From: Asterias rubens
Taxonomy: Eukaryota
Reading direction: 5' to 3'
DNA length: 64,000 bases
Assembly: GCF_902459465.1 (NCBI RefSeq)
Contig: NC_047074.1
Span: 3,224,001-3,288,000 of the forward strand
The position numbers and the translations under genes are program-made. The notes below the pieces were generated by a model. That model had not been told where the DNA came from. It saw nothing but the letters and a program-made list of their open reading frames with translations, and did no database searches. Below, piece by piece: positions 51,295 to 63,795 of this stretch; within the stretch, counting starts at the first letter, position 1; the number at the start of each line of letters is the position of its first letter.

Positions 51295-53771
51295 AAAATC
51301 TTCACGCATGAACGGGGCAGGTAGATCTGGGCACACTCTTCAGTCCTTGGACGAGGACACCACTCGAAATGAAGATGAGTACAAATGATGGAGTTTCTAA
51401 TGGTGAAGCCAGGGCCCTATTTCATGGCTCTGCTTACCGCCGAGTTCCGCGCTTACGGTCACCATTCGCCGCTTACGTACAAGCGCCGAAATTCTTAGCT
51501 GGGCTTGTAAGCGCCTAGTAACGTGGAGTACGCACGCACAAATGCCTTAATTTCACGCTAACCCGTGAATTTGAATCTGAGAAGCGTTACTGACGGTAAC
51601 GTCTCTTAGATTGTGTTTTCCAACGATGGATTTTCCTTCCTGCGTGGGCATAGTCCGCTCCGAATTGTTCGCGATATCTCAAAATTGCATCCACCTTTTA
51701 AAATGAAATGTGCCCAGGTTCGTTTTATGATTGTACATAATAACGTTTTTTATAGGTTTAAAACAATCAAACGGTTACAAAAAGGAGAAGAATACTTTCC
51801 CTTTAAATGCACCATTGAAAAACGGGGTTCTTATAACTGCCTCGAACTTAAAAAAAAATCAATAACTGAACCGAGCCCATCAAAATATATGTCTGCATAG
51901 CCGAATTCCTCTACAAAAAAAAGTTGGTTAATATCTAAACTAATATATGACGAAGGCATACGATAACCATTTAAGATCGTGGTGTAGACGCCTGCGGACA
52001 AGTCACCTCCATTTAAGCGAAGCAATCGAAACAGTGCATGACCAATCGTGTCTCCTCCAAATGAAACATTCGTGCCCAATAATTTCATTTCGACTGTGAT
52101 GAATTGAATTAGCGTCACTCGTGTTGAGACCATTCCATGGACACCGCAACTTGGGGCCAATATTACGGAGTGAAACATTGCCCGTGGACAAAAATCAGTG
52201 TCTTTTTTTATGTTTTAAGGGTGTATTCAGTACAGGTATCGCTCTCATATTTGATTGGCTGTGGTTGGTTGCGACAACTGTAATTGACCAATAGGAATAG
52301 AGAGCGATGTCTGCGTGGAGTGTCTTGACTGTAATATACAATCATTCACATATATTGGAATTGATTTGAGGAGTGCCAGCGAGTTGCGGATCTACGTGTA
52401 TAGAAAACGATGTTTGCCGTTTGAGGGAACAAAATCACTTAATAAAGTGAAATATTTGACCCGATCGATAATGCAACGGTCGTAGATTCCACAAAATGCG
52501 CGAATTTTCAAGCAAAAAGTGATGGCCTTTTGTACTAAAGCAATGCAGAAGTCTCTCCATTCTTTTTTAATTACAGTTCTTTCTACAAAAGTACTCTTTT
52601 TTGTACCCGTATTTTTGTCCACGACCGTTTCCTTTTATGAGGCCTATACTCCCTTAGGATCTCAGACGAAAACAAACCTTAATTTTGAAAAAAAAATATA
52701 GCACAGCCGGTTGTCTTTAAGAATGTGTCGGCCGGCCATTTTGGATAAAGGCCCTCCTCCTTCCTGGCCTAAAATTACTCGTTCTTTGAAATACCTAGTT
52801 TGCCACTTTAAGATGCAGCACAGTGTAGGTTAAGAGCAAACAAAACGCCCGATTAAACTTTCGATTAAGTTCAACATTCGTTTGAATTCCGATTAAAAAA
52901 ACAGGACAGTTCTTTTCAGAATTGAGAAGTCTCTCGACTTCTGCAAAAGAATCTCTTCCGCGGTTGTAGAATATAAAGCAAGACAGTTCTCTAAATGTCT
53001 TACATTAATGGTGTTACCACAAACCAAATAAACATATTGATACATCACCCTAAAATGCCTCAAATCTCATTATATTCCTGTTGTTCTTTTCGCCTTTTCT
53101 AAGGAAAAAATCCGAAAACCTAAGACCTAACCTGACTTTTTGCCATATTTAAGAATGAACAAATATATAATAAAAAAACAATATATCTTTGTGCCAAACT
53201 CCAAGTGTGCAAGTCACCATCTCGTCACCAATCTACCGTTCGAGTACACTCTTCCTAAAGCACTGGGCACGCCCCGCTCAATCCATAATAATAATAAAGA
53301 AAATGTTCCCAAAATTGAAGAAGACAAAGTCCACACGAAATTCTATAAATGTTGCGCAAAAAAGTATCTATGGCTTGAATTGGGCATTCTTTAAAACAAA
53401 GATGAGTACAAGCTACATTTAATATTTTTATTGAAACCAGTGCCTTGTATGAAAAGAAAGAAAGGGAACAATAAAGAAGGATAAAAAAGGGATAGACAAA
53501 TACTTGTTCTTTCAGGATGTTTTGGTGCAAATGTCACTTAGCAGACTTTCCGCTGGAGGTTGCATGCACCCATCTTGAAACACATCCTGTGTTGTCGACT
53601 CGTTTATTATATCTCCCTCGGCTTCCGTATTGATTATCATAAAAGGATTTTCTTGTATTAACGGCGCTAATCACGTCTAGAATCATGACCGTCTAAGTGC
53701 TCTGATGTGTACGGCAGAGGGATGCAGAAACACTCGCCTCCATGCACCCGTAGAAAACAAGTTGTTTGAGT

Positions 53772-54158
53772 TTAAAGGAACACGTTGCCTTGGATCGGAC
53801 GAGTTGGTCTATAAAAAGCATTTTGTAACCATTTGTTATAAAACGCATGATTAGAAAGATGTTTTAAAAGTAGAATACAATGATCCACACATATTGGCCT
53901 CGAAATTGCGTGGTTTTCCTTTAACTTTGCGAACAAACTCGGTCGGCCATTTATGGGAGTCAACAATTTTACTCCCATAAATGGCCGACCGTGTCTGTCG
54001 ACGAGTAAGAGTAAGACAACGCAATTTCGAGGATACTTGTGTGGATCATTATATTCTACTTTTAAAATATCTTTCTAATCATATGCATTTTATAACAAAC
54101 GGTTACAAATACTTTTCAAAGACAAACTCGACCGATCCAAGGCAACGTGTTCCTTTAA
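53772..54158. mobile_element. Family K MITE with demonstrable TTAA target-site duplication
   Basis: GAGT-TTAA-[AGGAACACG...CGTGTTCCT]-TTAA-AGATGAG. The empty site GAGT-TTAA-AGATGAG is at 54354-54368. Confidence 0.92.
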
Positions 54159-54418
54159 AGATGAGTACTGTTTGAAATGTTTAGCAAACAATTAAATTGA
54201 CCCGAGAACATAATAGACGTCCGTTCATGATACATCCTGTACAAATGGTGTACCCTGTATTTTGTATTCACTGTGTGCTTGGAATTCCATAGGAACTTAA
54301 TTACGAAGAATTTCTGTTGTTGCCTCCTTGCACCCGTAGAAAACAAGTAATTTGAGTTTAAAGATGAGTTCGAGTTGCTATTTGAAATGTTTAGCAAACA
54401 ACGAGTGAAAACAAAATT

Positions 54419-54562
54419 GAATGAAACTAGAGGACCTGAGAACAGCTGACAAGACGTCCATACAATCGGCCTAAGAGGGGAGTCGCCATTTTGAATGAAA
54501 CTAGAGGACCCGAGAACAGCTGACAAGACGTCCATACAATCGGCCTAAGAGGGGAGTCGCCA
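54419..54562. repeat. 74 bp tandem duplication (2 copies)
   Basis: GAATGAAACTAGAGGACC.GAGAACAGCTGACAAGACGTCCATACAATCGGCCTAAGAGGGGAGTCGCCAT at 54419 and 54493. Confidence 0.92.
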
Positions 54563-54984
54563 TGTTGGTGTTGATATGGGGCCATGGTGTACCCTCTGTG
54601 ATCAAGTTCGAGTATGCACAATGGTTAACTAAAGGTTGACCATTTTCACTCGAACCCAGGCTGGTCGACCATTGGTTGACTACTGTGGTCGACCATTTGG
54701 AACCAGCCTCGAGCGCATGGTTTCTTTACTGGTCCCAACAGCATGATCTTTTCTAACATGTGTAAAGCGCAGAAGGGAACCAGTGACACTATAGTGAAAA
54801 GGCGGAAGGATGACTAGACTTCCAAATGAATCGTTCGAGTGAGTGCATCACTGGGCATGTGCGTTGCTGGCCAGTAGTCAACCACGGGTCGACTAAATGT
54901 GCCCACTCGCTCAATGTGTCTTAATTCATTGTGTTCTTCGCATGAACTATGTATAAGCTGTTGTCGCTTCCTCCAAGCACCCGT

Positions 54985-55212
54985 ACTCTCTAAATGTAAA
55001 AGAGTGAAAAACACCACTCATATTTCGAGCTGTCCTCCATACGGCTGTTCAAAAAAAACTCTTTTAGAGGGGTTTCACTCCAGGACAGAGTTAAACAATC
55101 ACTCAAAAAGATGCAAACTTCAATCTAAAAGAGTGGAAGACCACTCGAAAAAGAGTTGTCCTTCATATGGCTCTTCAAAGAGTGCTTGTTCACTCTTTTA
55201 CATTAAGAGAAT
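54985..55212. mobile_element. Small TIR element with ACTCT..AATGTAAAAGAGTGAA termini
   Basis: CTCTCTAAATGTAAAAGAGTGAA at left, TTCACTCTTTTACATTAAGAGA at right; repeated CACTC/GAGTG motifs inside. Confidence 0.6.
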
Positions 55213-55271
55213 AGAGACCAGCAGTTTGAGTTTATGTTTAATAAACAAAATGTGAAAAACATTGCACAAAC

Positions 55272-55274
<3 letters not shown>

Positions 55275-55313
<39 letters not shown>
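55275..55313 (+). repeat. Poly-A tract (39 nt)
   Basis: Direct count; AATAAA at 55240-55245. Confidence 0.95.
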
Positions 55314-55316
<3 letters not shown>

Positions 55317-55419
55317 TTGTTCATTCCATGATCAAGCTGAGCATCCAACATTAGGAGAGAATATACCGATTACTGATATATGGGAAAGTCAGAACCGTAA
55401 GCGGCCACGGTAAAGTAAA

Positions 55420-55920
55420 GTGATTGAAATTGTCGTTTTCATATCAAGCGTGAATTTGACTCTGAGAAGCAGGCGGCTATTTGAAGTGAGTTAACTTCTT
55501 CATACTTTGCGATTGAACGTGTCGGTGAGAGTAAATTATTGGTCTGAGTAGCATACGGCTTTTTGGTGTGTGCTTAGTTACAGTTAGTGACTGAAATTGA
55601 TTTAGAAATATTAGGTGAGAATCTTCTCTCAACGTAGTTGTCGGCTGTTTTATGTGAGCTCCGCCATGTTTGGTGATTGAATTGGTCATGTTCATATTAA
55701 GAGTGAAATTTGGTCTAAGCAGCTAACTGCTATTCGAAGTGAGAAATCGTAAAACATTAATCCACGTAGAGTAGCTAACGGCTGTTCAATGTGAACTTAT
55801 TCGCTGATTTTGCAAGTGATCGAAAGTGTTTTCATATCAGGCGTGAATTTGGCTTGAGTTGTCGACGGATGTTTCATGTGAGCTTCGTCATTGTGAAGTA
55901 AGTGGTTGAAGAAAATTGTG
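55420..55920. repeat. Old degenerate tandem array (~75-80 bp unit)
   Basis: Recurrent TTCATAT.AAG.GTGAATTTG..T.AG.AG...CGGCT.TT..A.GTGAG. Confidence 0.6.
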
Positions 55921-57014
55921 TGAAAATTTAAATGTGGCAGACTTTTCTTCTTGGAGATTACCTGGAACTAGTTGTTTGTAAAACAACCCATCAGTTAATA
56001 ACATGTAGTCTCCCTCACAAGCCATAATTTATCATAAGACTTTGATATTATAGACAGAGAATCTCTTTACTCTCTACATCTCCATCGCCAGAGGTTAAGT
56101 CAGCAAACCTGCCGGAAACATAAACGCTAACTTGCGCACTGCGTGTGGAATGGTGGGCAATAACACACTCCGAAAAGCACAAACAGTTCCTTCGGCACAA
56201 TTATTCACTGCGCTTGTTGACCCACAGAATGTTATCCACTTTTCTCTCTGAAAATCCCGCTTACAGCAAGGCCACCCAATAACAACCAATTCGTATTATA
56301 TAAAACCTCCTTTTGGAATAGCCTTTGGAGGCATCAGCTTTACGTAGATTACATGTGATCCTCCTCGTATACTCGCATCTCCCCCCACATGGCCAGTTTT
56401 TATTGCATCTCGACAGGGATTTTCTTCAATTCGCACCGGGGTGTATATTGGATAATAGTAATAGTCTGGACAACATCCCGACCCGACCCTGTACGTAAAA
56501 TAATTATAATTTCACGGGTGTACAGGACGGTGTGTTCCCGTATTACCGGCAGAGTGGATTACACGGTAATGCGACGTCTTCGCAACTTGGATGGTAACCG
56601 AAGGCCTTTTACTGCTACAAACACATTTTTTTTAAGGGACATTGCACTAAAAACTAGGTTAGTGCATGTAGGCCTATAGAGAGTATAAATTTAAAGTGTG
56701 TGCTTTACTGTTCACAGAATTCCACTGCATGGAAATTGTTTAAAAGTATACAAGTTTAAGCAACAACATAATAAAATTAATAATACTATTAAAAATCATG
56801 TATACCACTTTTTGTTGTTACTTTATAAAGCTTATTATAGCATATTATGTGCTGTTTTGCGAAATGCTATATATAAAGTCTCACTTGCTTACTTCGGTGT
56901 TACGGCACAATTACGTCATACTTGTGTACAGTTCAGGGACGATTTGTACTATGGAATTAAAACTTGGGCTCTCAGTTTAAGAATTTGTTAAGCTTATTGG
57001 TTTGTTTTATGTAC

Positions 57015-57390
57015 ATGGAGATAAGGTTGGCAGCGTTGACGCAAGCTTTGGTCTTTATGGTCAGCAGAATCTTGGTTCGAGTCCCAGTCGTGACACCTGT
57101 GTCCTTCAAGACATGATGCTTCGTCCTTCGGATGGGACGTAAAGCCATATTGGTCCCGTGTGCTGTGTGACGCACGTAACCAAGTTAACTTTATCGAAAA
57201 GAGAAGGGGTTCGCCACAGTGTTTCTGTTTGATTTGCAGCAACCTGTACCACATACAGCATCATAACAACTAACACATGTTGCCATGAAGGAGAATATCT
57301 CAATATAATGTAGTCCCACATACCTTGCAGGAAAAACAAATGCTGAACATCGAAGCGCCTTCGGCGTCACCGAGTGAGATAATTATGAGC
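57015..57390 (+). mobile_element. tRNA-derived SINE (most complete copy); relatives 13880-14160 (+), 12204-12270 (+), 38440-38660 (-)
   Basis: B-box GGTTCGAGTCCC, then GTCGTGACACCTGTGTCCTT, GCTTCGTCCTTCGGATGGGACGTAAAGCC and TTATCGAAAAGAGAAGGGGTTCGCC, recurring in the other copies. Confidence 0.8.
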
Positions 57391-57859
57391 GCCATTTAAG
57401 AAGCCACCATTCTATTAGTATTATCAAGTTAACATCTGTTGCCCATAATTGAGGTAGTTCAGATGACGGCGACCCCGGTTAGGGGTTCATTAGAGCAGAC
57501 AATGTCACTCCAGGGTCTCCCGATTTGGAACAAGGGTACATATCAAGGTTAAATTAGTACCCGTTCAGGGGAGTATCTGGTTGACAGAGAGACCCCATCA
57601 ACATCACTGCTGGGATTCTATACAGAGGTGTTTATTAGTCTTCACTCGACAGGCGGATGCGACAGGATGATAAATATTTGAGAGATCGACGCTGTCATTT
57701 GCAATCGGTGCCACTTTCATTAGTGGGGAATCATCCTCGTCCCCACGGGGCTGTGTTCGTTTCCACTTTACCTAAAAGCACATGTCGCCTACATGTCGGT
57801 CATTATAAATGGGCATGCACAAAATGGTATCCCAGAATGCTCTCTGGTTGAATAAATCC

Positions 57860-58140
57860 CCACAGACGAAATGTTTATTTTATAGAGATTATTACCAACA
57901 GACATAATTACTTCACAAAGTGCCCCTCATCAGTGTGAGGAACAGCATTTGGGATTGGTAGGGGAGGAGGTTGGTTGTCAGAGTTTACTTACGGAGGCAT
58001 TGCTTTCTGCAGGGGTGGAGGCAGGGGTATAAAGATGGTATAAAGGGATGCAAAGGTCTGCGCCCCAACTAGCCTGAACGTCTGAAGTCACACTTAGAGG
58101 CCTGGCTAGATGTACCAGACGTTCCGTTGACTCCGAATTC
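57860..58140 (-). mobile_element. Penelope-like remnant with degenerate hammerhead (57895-57940)
   Basis: Minus strand: RNVWYI*PGL-like text, then CACA-CUGAUGA-GGGGCAC-UUU-GUG-AAG-UAAUUAU-GUC-UGU and AATAAA. Confidence 0.45.
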
Positions 58141-58589
58141 AACTGAGTCGGAGACTCGCAGTCAATTATAACCAAATGTTGTTGGCATTAAATTTAAGAG
58201 TGTTTACCTACATATATACGTTCCCTTTACTTTTGGTTTGATTTGATTTGAATCGGTTAAAAAAAAATCACTGGACAAAAAAAAACAATGGATCTTTAGA
58301 AGAAACAAACATATACAACAGTAAAACATAATCATCCATACCGATTGGATGTCCTTCTTGTAATGCGACTAGAAAATTAGATTTCGAATAATAAAATGTG
58401 AGATGTTTTCCATTCTAGTTTTCTAATCAAGTTCACGCGAACATCGACATGTATTTGGTCTTATAATACAACAAACAAACTAACACTGAATCTGATTCAA
58501 ACAAACATAAGAGCAACGTCAATATAGCAGTCCATGCTCCATGAGTGTAGGCCTATCATTCTCTTATTATGTAATTTATAGTTTTGGTG

Positions 58590-58740
58590 TTGATTGTGTA
58601 TACTTGTATTTGGCCAGTGGGTGTAAAGTTTCTATGTTTTTTAACGTGGCCATAAATAAATCTAACCTAACCTAATCTAACCTAATCTAATGTAATCTAA
58701 TCTAATCTAATCTAATCTAATTTAATCTAATCTAATCTAA
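58590..58740 (+). repeat. Retroposon 3' end with (CTAAT)n tail; same family at 21085-21172
   Basis: TGTATTTGGC.AGTGG.TGT.AAGTTTCT...ACGTGG.CA.AAATAAATCTAA followed by pentamer repeats at both loci. Confidence 0.7.
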
Positions 58741-60175
58741 AAATATAAACTTATCTATTGTGCGAGGGAAACTAGATTTCGAAATAAGGCAAACTGGTTT
58801 TCCCTTCTAGTTTTCGATTATACGTTAACAAATACTGGATAATAATCCAAAACAGAGTAGATGTACATCCTGTATTGGAAATAAGATTTCGAATAATAAG
58901 GTCAGCTGTTTTCCCATTCTAGTTCAATCAGATCAAGGGATAGGAAGAGGGGGTGGGGGGGGGGGGTGTCGAAGAATGCCAATTGGGAATCCATGCGAGT
59001 TATGAGCTCAACCGTAACCAGACGACAAGCTTCTTTGCTTCCCCTACTTTCTTTCATTCTCTTCTCTCGGTGTGGGTTTTAATCAACACGAATCAACTTC
59101 TATAAAGTGCATTTGCCGGCTGAATGGGAACCAATATTGGCAAGGGGATCTCCTCTCGACTTGATCGAAAAGCTTGTCAGTTTTCCGTTTGAGCGCATGA
59201 TCGACTATTAAAGGAGAAGTGGGGAAATCGGGTTATTACTGGTTTCTCCATAATTAAACGCTCGTAGATCTGTCTAAAAAGACCTGTGATGGTGATGGTG
59301 ACGGACCAAGTTTGCTATTTTCATTGCGCTTGTTTTTAACAGATTCCAGAAACGCTCAATTAACATAATTTGGGCAGAACCTCTCCCTTATTAACTATTT
59401 TTCAAAGCAGGTGGATAACGATGCACAATATTTTTGACTTCAGGGTGATTTATGACTATTAATCCGGCTAAAATTTGCAATTAATTGTTGAAACGGATAA
59501 TTCTTGTTTCTCTACTTAAACGCTCGTAGATACACACAATTTTTATACTTTAGCAAAATCGCTCCCTTATGAATAATTTGCAAAGCAGGTGGGAAAAGGG
59601 TTCATTTGATTTACTGGTGATTTATGGTAACTTTTCCGGCTAAATAATTAAGAGTGCTGCAGTATATTTGAAGGCCTTGGACACTTACTATCGGTATTTT
59701 CTCAAAATAATTGTTGGCATAAAACGCTTACTTGGTAAGGAGTAACGGAGAGTTGTAGAACAAAACATTGTGAGAAACAACTCCCTCAAAAGAATCATAG
59801 TTTATAAAACAGGTTATTTCTCAATATTATAAGATGGCCTTTATAATGTATCTTAAAGCACATAAAGTTGTCCCACAAGGGTGTTTTTCTGTCATTATAT
59901 TATACGATTACCAATTGAGCCTTAATTTTCACAAGTTTGTAATTGTTTATATATGTTGGGATACACCTAGTGAGAATACTGAGCCGATTTCCATATAGAG
60001 CTGCTGAAGCAGAAAATATTGCTTAACAGTTTTCTGCTAAGCAGAAGTGAGCCGGTCACAAATTGCACATTAGACATGGTGGGTTTGGCTGGTAACGATA
60101 TTCTGGTAATCGTAATTATGTTGTGCTTAAATTATCTGCTTTGTATGCTTAAGCAGCTCTACGATGGGCCCTGGT

Positions 60176-60438
60176 CTTTAACAAATTGCGTGGTTTTCCT
60201 TTTACTTTGCGAACTAACACGGTCGGTTATTTATGGGAGTCAAAAATTTGACTCCCATAAATGGCCGACCGTGTTAGTCGACGAGGTAAAAAGAAAACCA
60301 CGCAATTGAGGCATAGTTGTGTACATCATTGTGTCCTACTTTTACAACATCTTTCTAGCCATATACGTTTTATAACAAACGGTTACAACCCCCTGTTATA
60401 GACCAACTCGACCGATCCAAGGCAACGTGTTCCTTTAA
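60176..60438. mobile_element. Family K MITE, right half
   Basis: Central hairpin ATGGGAGTCAAAAATTTGACTCCCAT and right TIR GATCCAAGGCAACGTGTTCCTTTAA. Confidence 0.8.
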
Positions 60439-61321
60439 TCATGGCTGTCCATGGTGTGTACCGCGTGATAGGATCACAGTTTTATTAGTTTTGTTCTAAC
60501 GCTTCCCAAACCTTTTACCGACGGTGTCCATGGAATGATCAAGGTGGGGGGACCCTTCTCTTAATTTGACTGTCAGTCCACGAAATTGCCTCTCTTTTCT
60601 GTTTGAGTGAGCAGCCTGATTAAATGAGTTCCGCTTTCTTTTTTACTCAGTCTGCATTTTGCGTTTTAAAAGAAAAATGTACCGTTGGTTTTGTTAACCG
60701 TTTAATTAGTTTAATTTTTTTTTAAAATCGCCGAAAATCCGATGTGATTATGTCCACGTAGGGAAACTCCGTTATTGGCATACACAATCGGAGAGACATT
60801 AATGTCATAACGCTTCTCGGATTCAAAATTTGGGGGGTAAAAAACTTGTAAATAAAAGGAACCCGAATGTTTTTTTTTTTAATGTCCAGTCTCGCTTCGA
60901 TTTCGTCGACTCCAATTAAGGAAATATACATCAGATGTCTCATTATAAAAGCGTGCATTGAAACTACACCAATAAGTTGCGCTATACTTGAGTAAAATAG
61001 TTTCGCTAAACCTAATTGCGTATTATAGATTTCTAAAGCCTCAAATCAATGTAAACCAATTGGTGGTATTTTGAGATTTCCTGAGTGGTGACGTTAGGCT
61101 AGGGGGGGGGGGGGGGGTAGTTACCAGAGGTTCAATACCCTCATGCACGTACCGTTTTAGCAACTCCGTGTTGAGATTAACATACCAACTGGGATTTCAA
61201 CAGCAGCTCGTCATTTGTCAAGAGCATGAGGCCCATTACGTATAGATATGGTTTAGCGATTGATTTACCGGAGCCGTGCTTGTTCATGTTCAAAGTTTTT
61301 AGATTTTATTCTTCTCTTCAT

Positions 61322-61700
61322 TTAAAGGCAGTGGACACTATTGGTAATTAGAAACAACTATTGTTAGCATAAAACCTTACTTGGCAAAGAGTTATGGGGA
61401 GAGGTTGATGGTACAAAATTTTGTGAGAAACGGCTCCCTTTGAAGTAACGTAGTTTTCGAGAGAGAAAGCACTTTTCCACGAATTTGATTTCGAGACCTC
61501 AGAATTAGATTTTGAGGTTTCGGAATCAAGCATCTCAAAGCACAAAACTTCGTGTGACAAGGGTGTTTTTTCTTTCATCTCACAACTTCGACGACCAATT
61601 GAATTCAAATTTTCACAGGTTTTTAATGTTATGCATATGTTGAGATACACCAAGTAAGAAGACTGGTCTTTGACATTACCAATGGTTTCCAATGCATATA
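61322..61700 (-). mobile_element. Family A MITE; older diverged copy at ~59672-59985 and partial at 28060-28312
   Basis: TTAAAGGCAGTGGACACTATTGGTAATT start; interior colinear. Confidence 0.8.
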
Positions 61701-61779
61701 AAACAATATGTAAAATGGGTGTTTTAATCTGAATCTGCACCAGTCTGCTGCAGTTTCCGGTCAGTTTCTACACAGATTC

Positions 61780-62330
61780 CGGGTTATGCTGAGCCGCAAT
61801 GCATTAAGGAATGCCCACATGTTGGTTTTATGATGAGCTCCATTGAAAACTTGAGAACTGAATTGATGTTTCTCTTTTCATAAATACATTGATGTCTCTT
61901 TAAACTAAGTCTGTTATAATTTTACCAATAATTTTCATTTCGAACATTACTAGATATAATAATATAATGCTTTCTAATCCTACCCTTTTATGTTTCCCTG
62001 CAATGTTATCGAACAATGCATTTACCACTTTTATGGTCCAGTATTAAATACATCCTTTCATACTAAACATCCTTTGTCCTCACCACTTTGCTCCTATTGG
62101 TTCATAGCCACCATTTGTATCTGAAATAAAAACTTTGATTGGCTGTAATTTTCCCGCTTCTTTCTGGATTTTTTCCTTCATCCTTTTCCCCTCTCTTTTT
62201 CTATAAAGGATATGTATTTGTTTGTTGAATTATGCCGCTGAAGAAGGTCCGGTTTGGATCGAAAACTAAGGTTATCTACCCTACTCATGATAATGAATAA
62301 TAATATATAGAGGAGTATAGTATCTAACCT
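61780..62330 (+). mobile_element. Penelope-like retroelement 3' remnant
   Basis: Broken translation RTLLDI*YIMLSNPTL (61950-62000) resembles the GIY-YIG C-terminal R.LLE..YI....P.LN motif; followed by a minimal hammerhead at 62234-62272. Confidence 0.55.
62234..62272 (+). ncRNA. Minimal type-I hammerhead ribozyme motif
   Basis: GCC-G-CUGAAGA-A-[GGUCC GGUUU GGAUC]-GAAA-A-CUA-A-GGU. Core CUGANGA, GAAA and UH are intact, with a 5-bp stem II and 3-bp stem I. Confidence 0.7.
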
Positions 62331-63085
62331 TGTCAGTCTCAACGAAGGATTTACCATGTCGTTCGGCACTTTTTAAGGAAGCAATGGCCATAATTTAGTT
62401 TTCAAGGGATTTATTAATTTCATTAGTCACATGTTTACGCCGGCGTAATGGGTTGGTTTTAAGAGCTGTGGCTGGAAGGGGTTGGAATTCTGTCGACGCG
62501 CGTGTGGTGTTGATGAACGTGATTCGTGCTCAACATGACATGTATAAATTGTGATCAGTACTGTACGATGTATAGGTATTCGTGATCGGAATATTAATGG
62601 CGCTACGGCTTGTAACTTTCTTCAAGAAGACGAGGAAGACAAATTGAAGAAAAATAGAATATGTGTATGATGCGTGGAAAAATTCCAAGTGTAAATAATA
62701 TGGAGATGTTGATTGAGTGTGTTATGTTGACATAGTAAACTAATGCATTTGGAGCTCTGAGTTATAATGTAGTCATGACGAAGGTGTATGTTTAAAGACG
62801 TGATTGGCAATTAAAACGATAACGCTATTATATACATAGCAAGATTAGTTTAAATCTTAAGACTCAAGTACACACAAGAACATGAGATTCACATAAACAG
62901 TCTGGATTACACAGGCATGGCAATAACTTTCGAAATAGCCCACACTTTACAACATTGCTTTATAGTTGCCAAAATCGAAAGACTAAGCCTTTGTGTAAAA
63001 GTGGAAAGAAAACAACAAATCACTGACACCCAACCCCCTTGATTTGTTGTTGTTGTTTGCAACAGGCTCACCTATTTATTTCTTC

Positions 63086-63120
<35 letters not shown>

Positions 63121-63458
63121 TTCCGTGTTTTCATTAACATTCGAGCTTGTTGCCAGAGGCAAAAATGCATCGAATTGTATATACAAAATTACATGTTCTT
63201 AAAATGGCGACCATGGCAAATCAAGGGAAACACAATAACAAATGTTTTACATACTTTATACAGGCTTGAATGCTTAGCAAAATGACTACCAAAGAGAAAA
63301 CTTATTTCAGTTTTTCAGAAACTATGACGCTATAACTTCAAAAAGTAGTTTGTGGTAACACCGCAATAATGAAAATCTCTTTTCATGTGTAATTATGGTT
63401 GTAAAAATTCGAAGTTTACGGTCACAATTAATTTATGATCGTCATAAGGAGACTATAG

Positions 63459-63795
63459 TTCAAGGAACACGTTGCCTTGGATCGGTTGAGTTGGTCTTTG
63501 AAAAGCGTTTGTAACCGTTTGTTAAAATGCATACGGTTTGAAAGATGTTTTTAAAGTAGAATACAATGATCCATACACATTTGCCTCGAAGTTGCCTGGT
63601 TTTCCGTTTACTTTGGAACTAACAACCGTGTTTGTCGACGAGGTAAAAGGAAAACCACCCAATTTCGAGTGATACTTGTGTGGATCATTATATTCTACTT
63701 TTAAAATATATTTCAACCATATGCATTTTATATCAAACGGTTACAAACGCTTTTCAAAGACCAACTTGACCGATCCAAGGCAAAATGTTCCTTAA
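63459..63795. mobile_element. Family K MITE
   Basis: Both TIRs present (AAGGAACACGTTGCCTTGGATCGG ... CCGATCCAAGGCAAAATGTTCCTTAA). Confidence 0.8.

Noticed and set aside
54155-54621. ORFs with the repeated peptide GDSPLRPIVWTSCQLFSGPLVSF
   Set aside because: Product of a 74-bp duplication (not a multiple of 3) read in two frames.
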